64,000 nt of DNA, taken from Thecamonas trahens ATCC 50062 (Eukaryota; Protista; Apusomonadida). This document shows positions 62,810 to 64,000 of this stretch, piece after piece. The translations under genes and the position numbers were made by a program. The stretch covers positions 131,851-195,850 of the forward strand of contig NW_013657642.1 in the NCBI RefSeq assembly GCF_000142905.1, given 5' to 3'. The notes beneath the pieces were generated by a model. It was given only the letters and a program-made list of their open reading frames with translations. It did not search any database and was not told the origin of the DNA. How positions within the stretch are numbered: position 1 is the stretch's first letter; each line of letters begins with the position of its first letter.

Positions 62810-64000
62810 ATGTTTGCGGTGCTGCGGTATACGACGATGGCGACGGTGGCGAGTCGTGCTGCGTGTGCTGCTTTGGCTGCTTCGGCTGCTTTGACTGCTG
62901 CGGCTGCTCCGGGACGTCGGGCAGCGTCGGGCTTTGGTCGTGGACCACATGACGTTGGCGGGGCGATTGTGTCGCCGGACGAGGCTACGGCGTTCAAGGC
63001 TGAGCTGGGCAAGGAGGGTGCGCCGGCGGCACTGTGGGAGGTCCGGACGCATGCGCTTCTCGGTCTGGTGGTGGGCAAGGGCCTGATGACTGTAGACGAG
63101 TTGCGGGCAGGCATCGAGGGCCTTGATCCGGTGGCTTACGGCGGTCTGTCGTACTATGAGAAGTGGGCCTTCTCCATGGCCCAGGCGCTGACGGCTCGCG
63201 GAACTCTTTCGCCGACGGTGTTGGAGACTGCCATCAACGGCGATGTTGTGCGCGGCGATGAGATTGACTCGGCGCCGGTCCCGCTGAGCGTCGGCCAGCC
63301 GGTCCGGGTCCGGCGCGAAGAGCCGCGCCCTGCATGGTCGCGGCCGCACCTGCGGACGCCTGGATACCTTCACGGCGCCGTTGGCGTCGTCGATGAGTAC
63401 TGGGGTGAGTTTCCGGATCCGGAGCTTCTCGCTCGGCGGATCGAAGGCCCGAAGCTGCCGCTGTATTCGGTCCGGTTCCTGCAGGCTGTTCTCTGGGAGC
63501 TGTACGATGGCTCGCCTCATGACGCGACGTCGGTTGAGGTCTATCACCCGTGGCTTGAACCAATTTCATCCGAGGCACTGGCTACGGCAGAGGCGGCAGC
63601 GGTGGCGTCGATGAACAAGGTGCATGGCAGTGGCCGCAGCCATCACGACCACGCCCACGACCACGCCCACGCCCACGACCACGACCACGACCACGATCAT
63701 GTCCACGAGGAGCGATGCGTGGTCGAGAGTAACGCGATTGCGGCCGAGAGCGAGCACGCGCTCGGCGAAGGTAACTCGCCGCTGCAACGGTTGTCGGGGG
63801 CACTGGTGGAGGCGCTGGTGGACAGCGGGCTGGTCAGCCGCGACGAGGTGCGGGCCAAGATCGAGAGCGTGGAGAAGATGAGTGAGAGTGGAAGCGAAGT
63901 GGGCGCCCGACTGGTGGTGGAGGCATGGCTTGACGATCAGTTTAGAGAGCTGCTTGTGGCCGATGCGCCGGCGGCGGCTGAGGCCATCGGCATCGAAACT
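62810..64000 (+). CDS. Eukaryotic-type fused nitrile hydratase (beta subunit, His-rich linker, start of alpha subunit); truncated at window end
   Basis: Not in the ORF track because the frame runs off the end. Manual translation gives beta GPHDVGG, WEVRTHAL, TVDELRAGIE, YYEKW, VGQPVRV, HLRTPGYLHGAVG, LYSVRF and VEVYHPWLEP; linker HHDHAHDHAHAHDHDHDHDHVH; alpha LVEALVDSGLV and GARLVVEAWLDDQFRELLVADA. Confidence 0.95.
   Translation, partial: MFAVLRYTTMATVASRAACAALAASAALTAAAAPGRRAASGFGRGPHDVGGAIVSPDEATAFKAELGKEGAPAALWEVRTHALLGLVVGKGLMTVDELRAGIEGLDPVAYGGLSYYEKWAFSMAQALTARGTLSPTVLETAINGDVVRGDEIDSAPVPLSVGQPVRVRREEPRPAWSRPHLRTPGYLHGAVGVVDEYWGEFPDPELLARRIEGPKLPLYSVRFLQAVLWELYDGSPHDATSVEVYHPWLEPISSEALATAEAAAVASMNKVHGSGRSHHDHAHDHAHAHDHDHDHDHVHEERCVVESNAIAAESEHALGEGNSPLQRLSGALVEALVDSGLVSRDEVRAKIESVEKMSESGSEVGARLVVEAWLDDQFRELLVADAPAAAEAIGIET

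Noticed and set aside
1-64000. A functionally coherent gene cluster, prophage or transposon
   Set aside because: The genes are functionally unrelated eukaryotic housekeeping and signalling genes. No transposase, integrase, reverse transcriptase or terminal repeats were recognised.

Overview
Compact, GC-rich eukaryotic (protist) genomic DNA with about 27 protein-coding genes, short intergenic spacers, a few short 5'-biased spliceosomal introns and four assembly gaps, each flanked by G/C homopolymers. The content includes a cilium gene (CFAP65), Furry/Tao3, a tetraspanin, PA28 and a fused beta-His-alpha nitrile hydratase. That combination points to a flagellated unicellular eukaryote; an apusomonad such as Thecamonas is my inference, not something the sequence proves. 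Genes in order: fumarase (with a spliced mitochondrial-presequence exon), signal-peptide JmjC/cupin protein, orphan putative cysteine peptidase, Sec61-alpha, Arf-like GTPase, F-box protein, divergent PA28, Rab, HR1-like/SH3 coiled-coil protein, G8/TMEM2-like-CHRD-TM-SH3 receptor, DegT-type aminotransferase, VIT-vWA protein, 2OG-Fe(II) oxygenase, UBC2/RAD6, SNRNP27, RCC1-repeat protein, RPB8, signal-peptide SET protein, Furry, TMBIM/BI-1, GET1-like protein, CH-CH-adenylyl-cyclase-like protein, SLC12 cotransporter, ELP5, tetraspanin, CFAP65, DUF3592 protein and nitrile hydratase (truncated by the window end). Four genes are split by apparent single-base deletions, mostly in homopolymers, which are probably sequencing errors. 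Most notable: a nitrile hydratase fusion with a mitochondrial-like presequence, an actin-binding-domain pseudo-cyclase, a TMEM2-like type I receptor with a cytoplasmic SH3, a PA28 lacking the canonical activation loop, signal-peptide-bearing SET and JmjC enzymes, and an unusual intron 3' signal (ACTYAC, often without a polypyrimidine tract). No rRNA, tRNA, CRISPR array or recognisable mobile element was seen. All family calls come from motif recognition by eye, not database searches.
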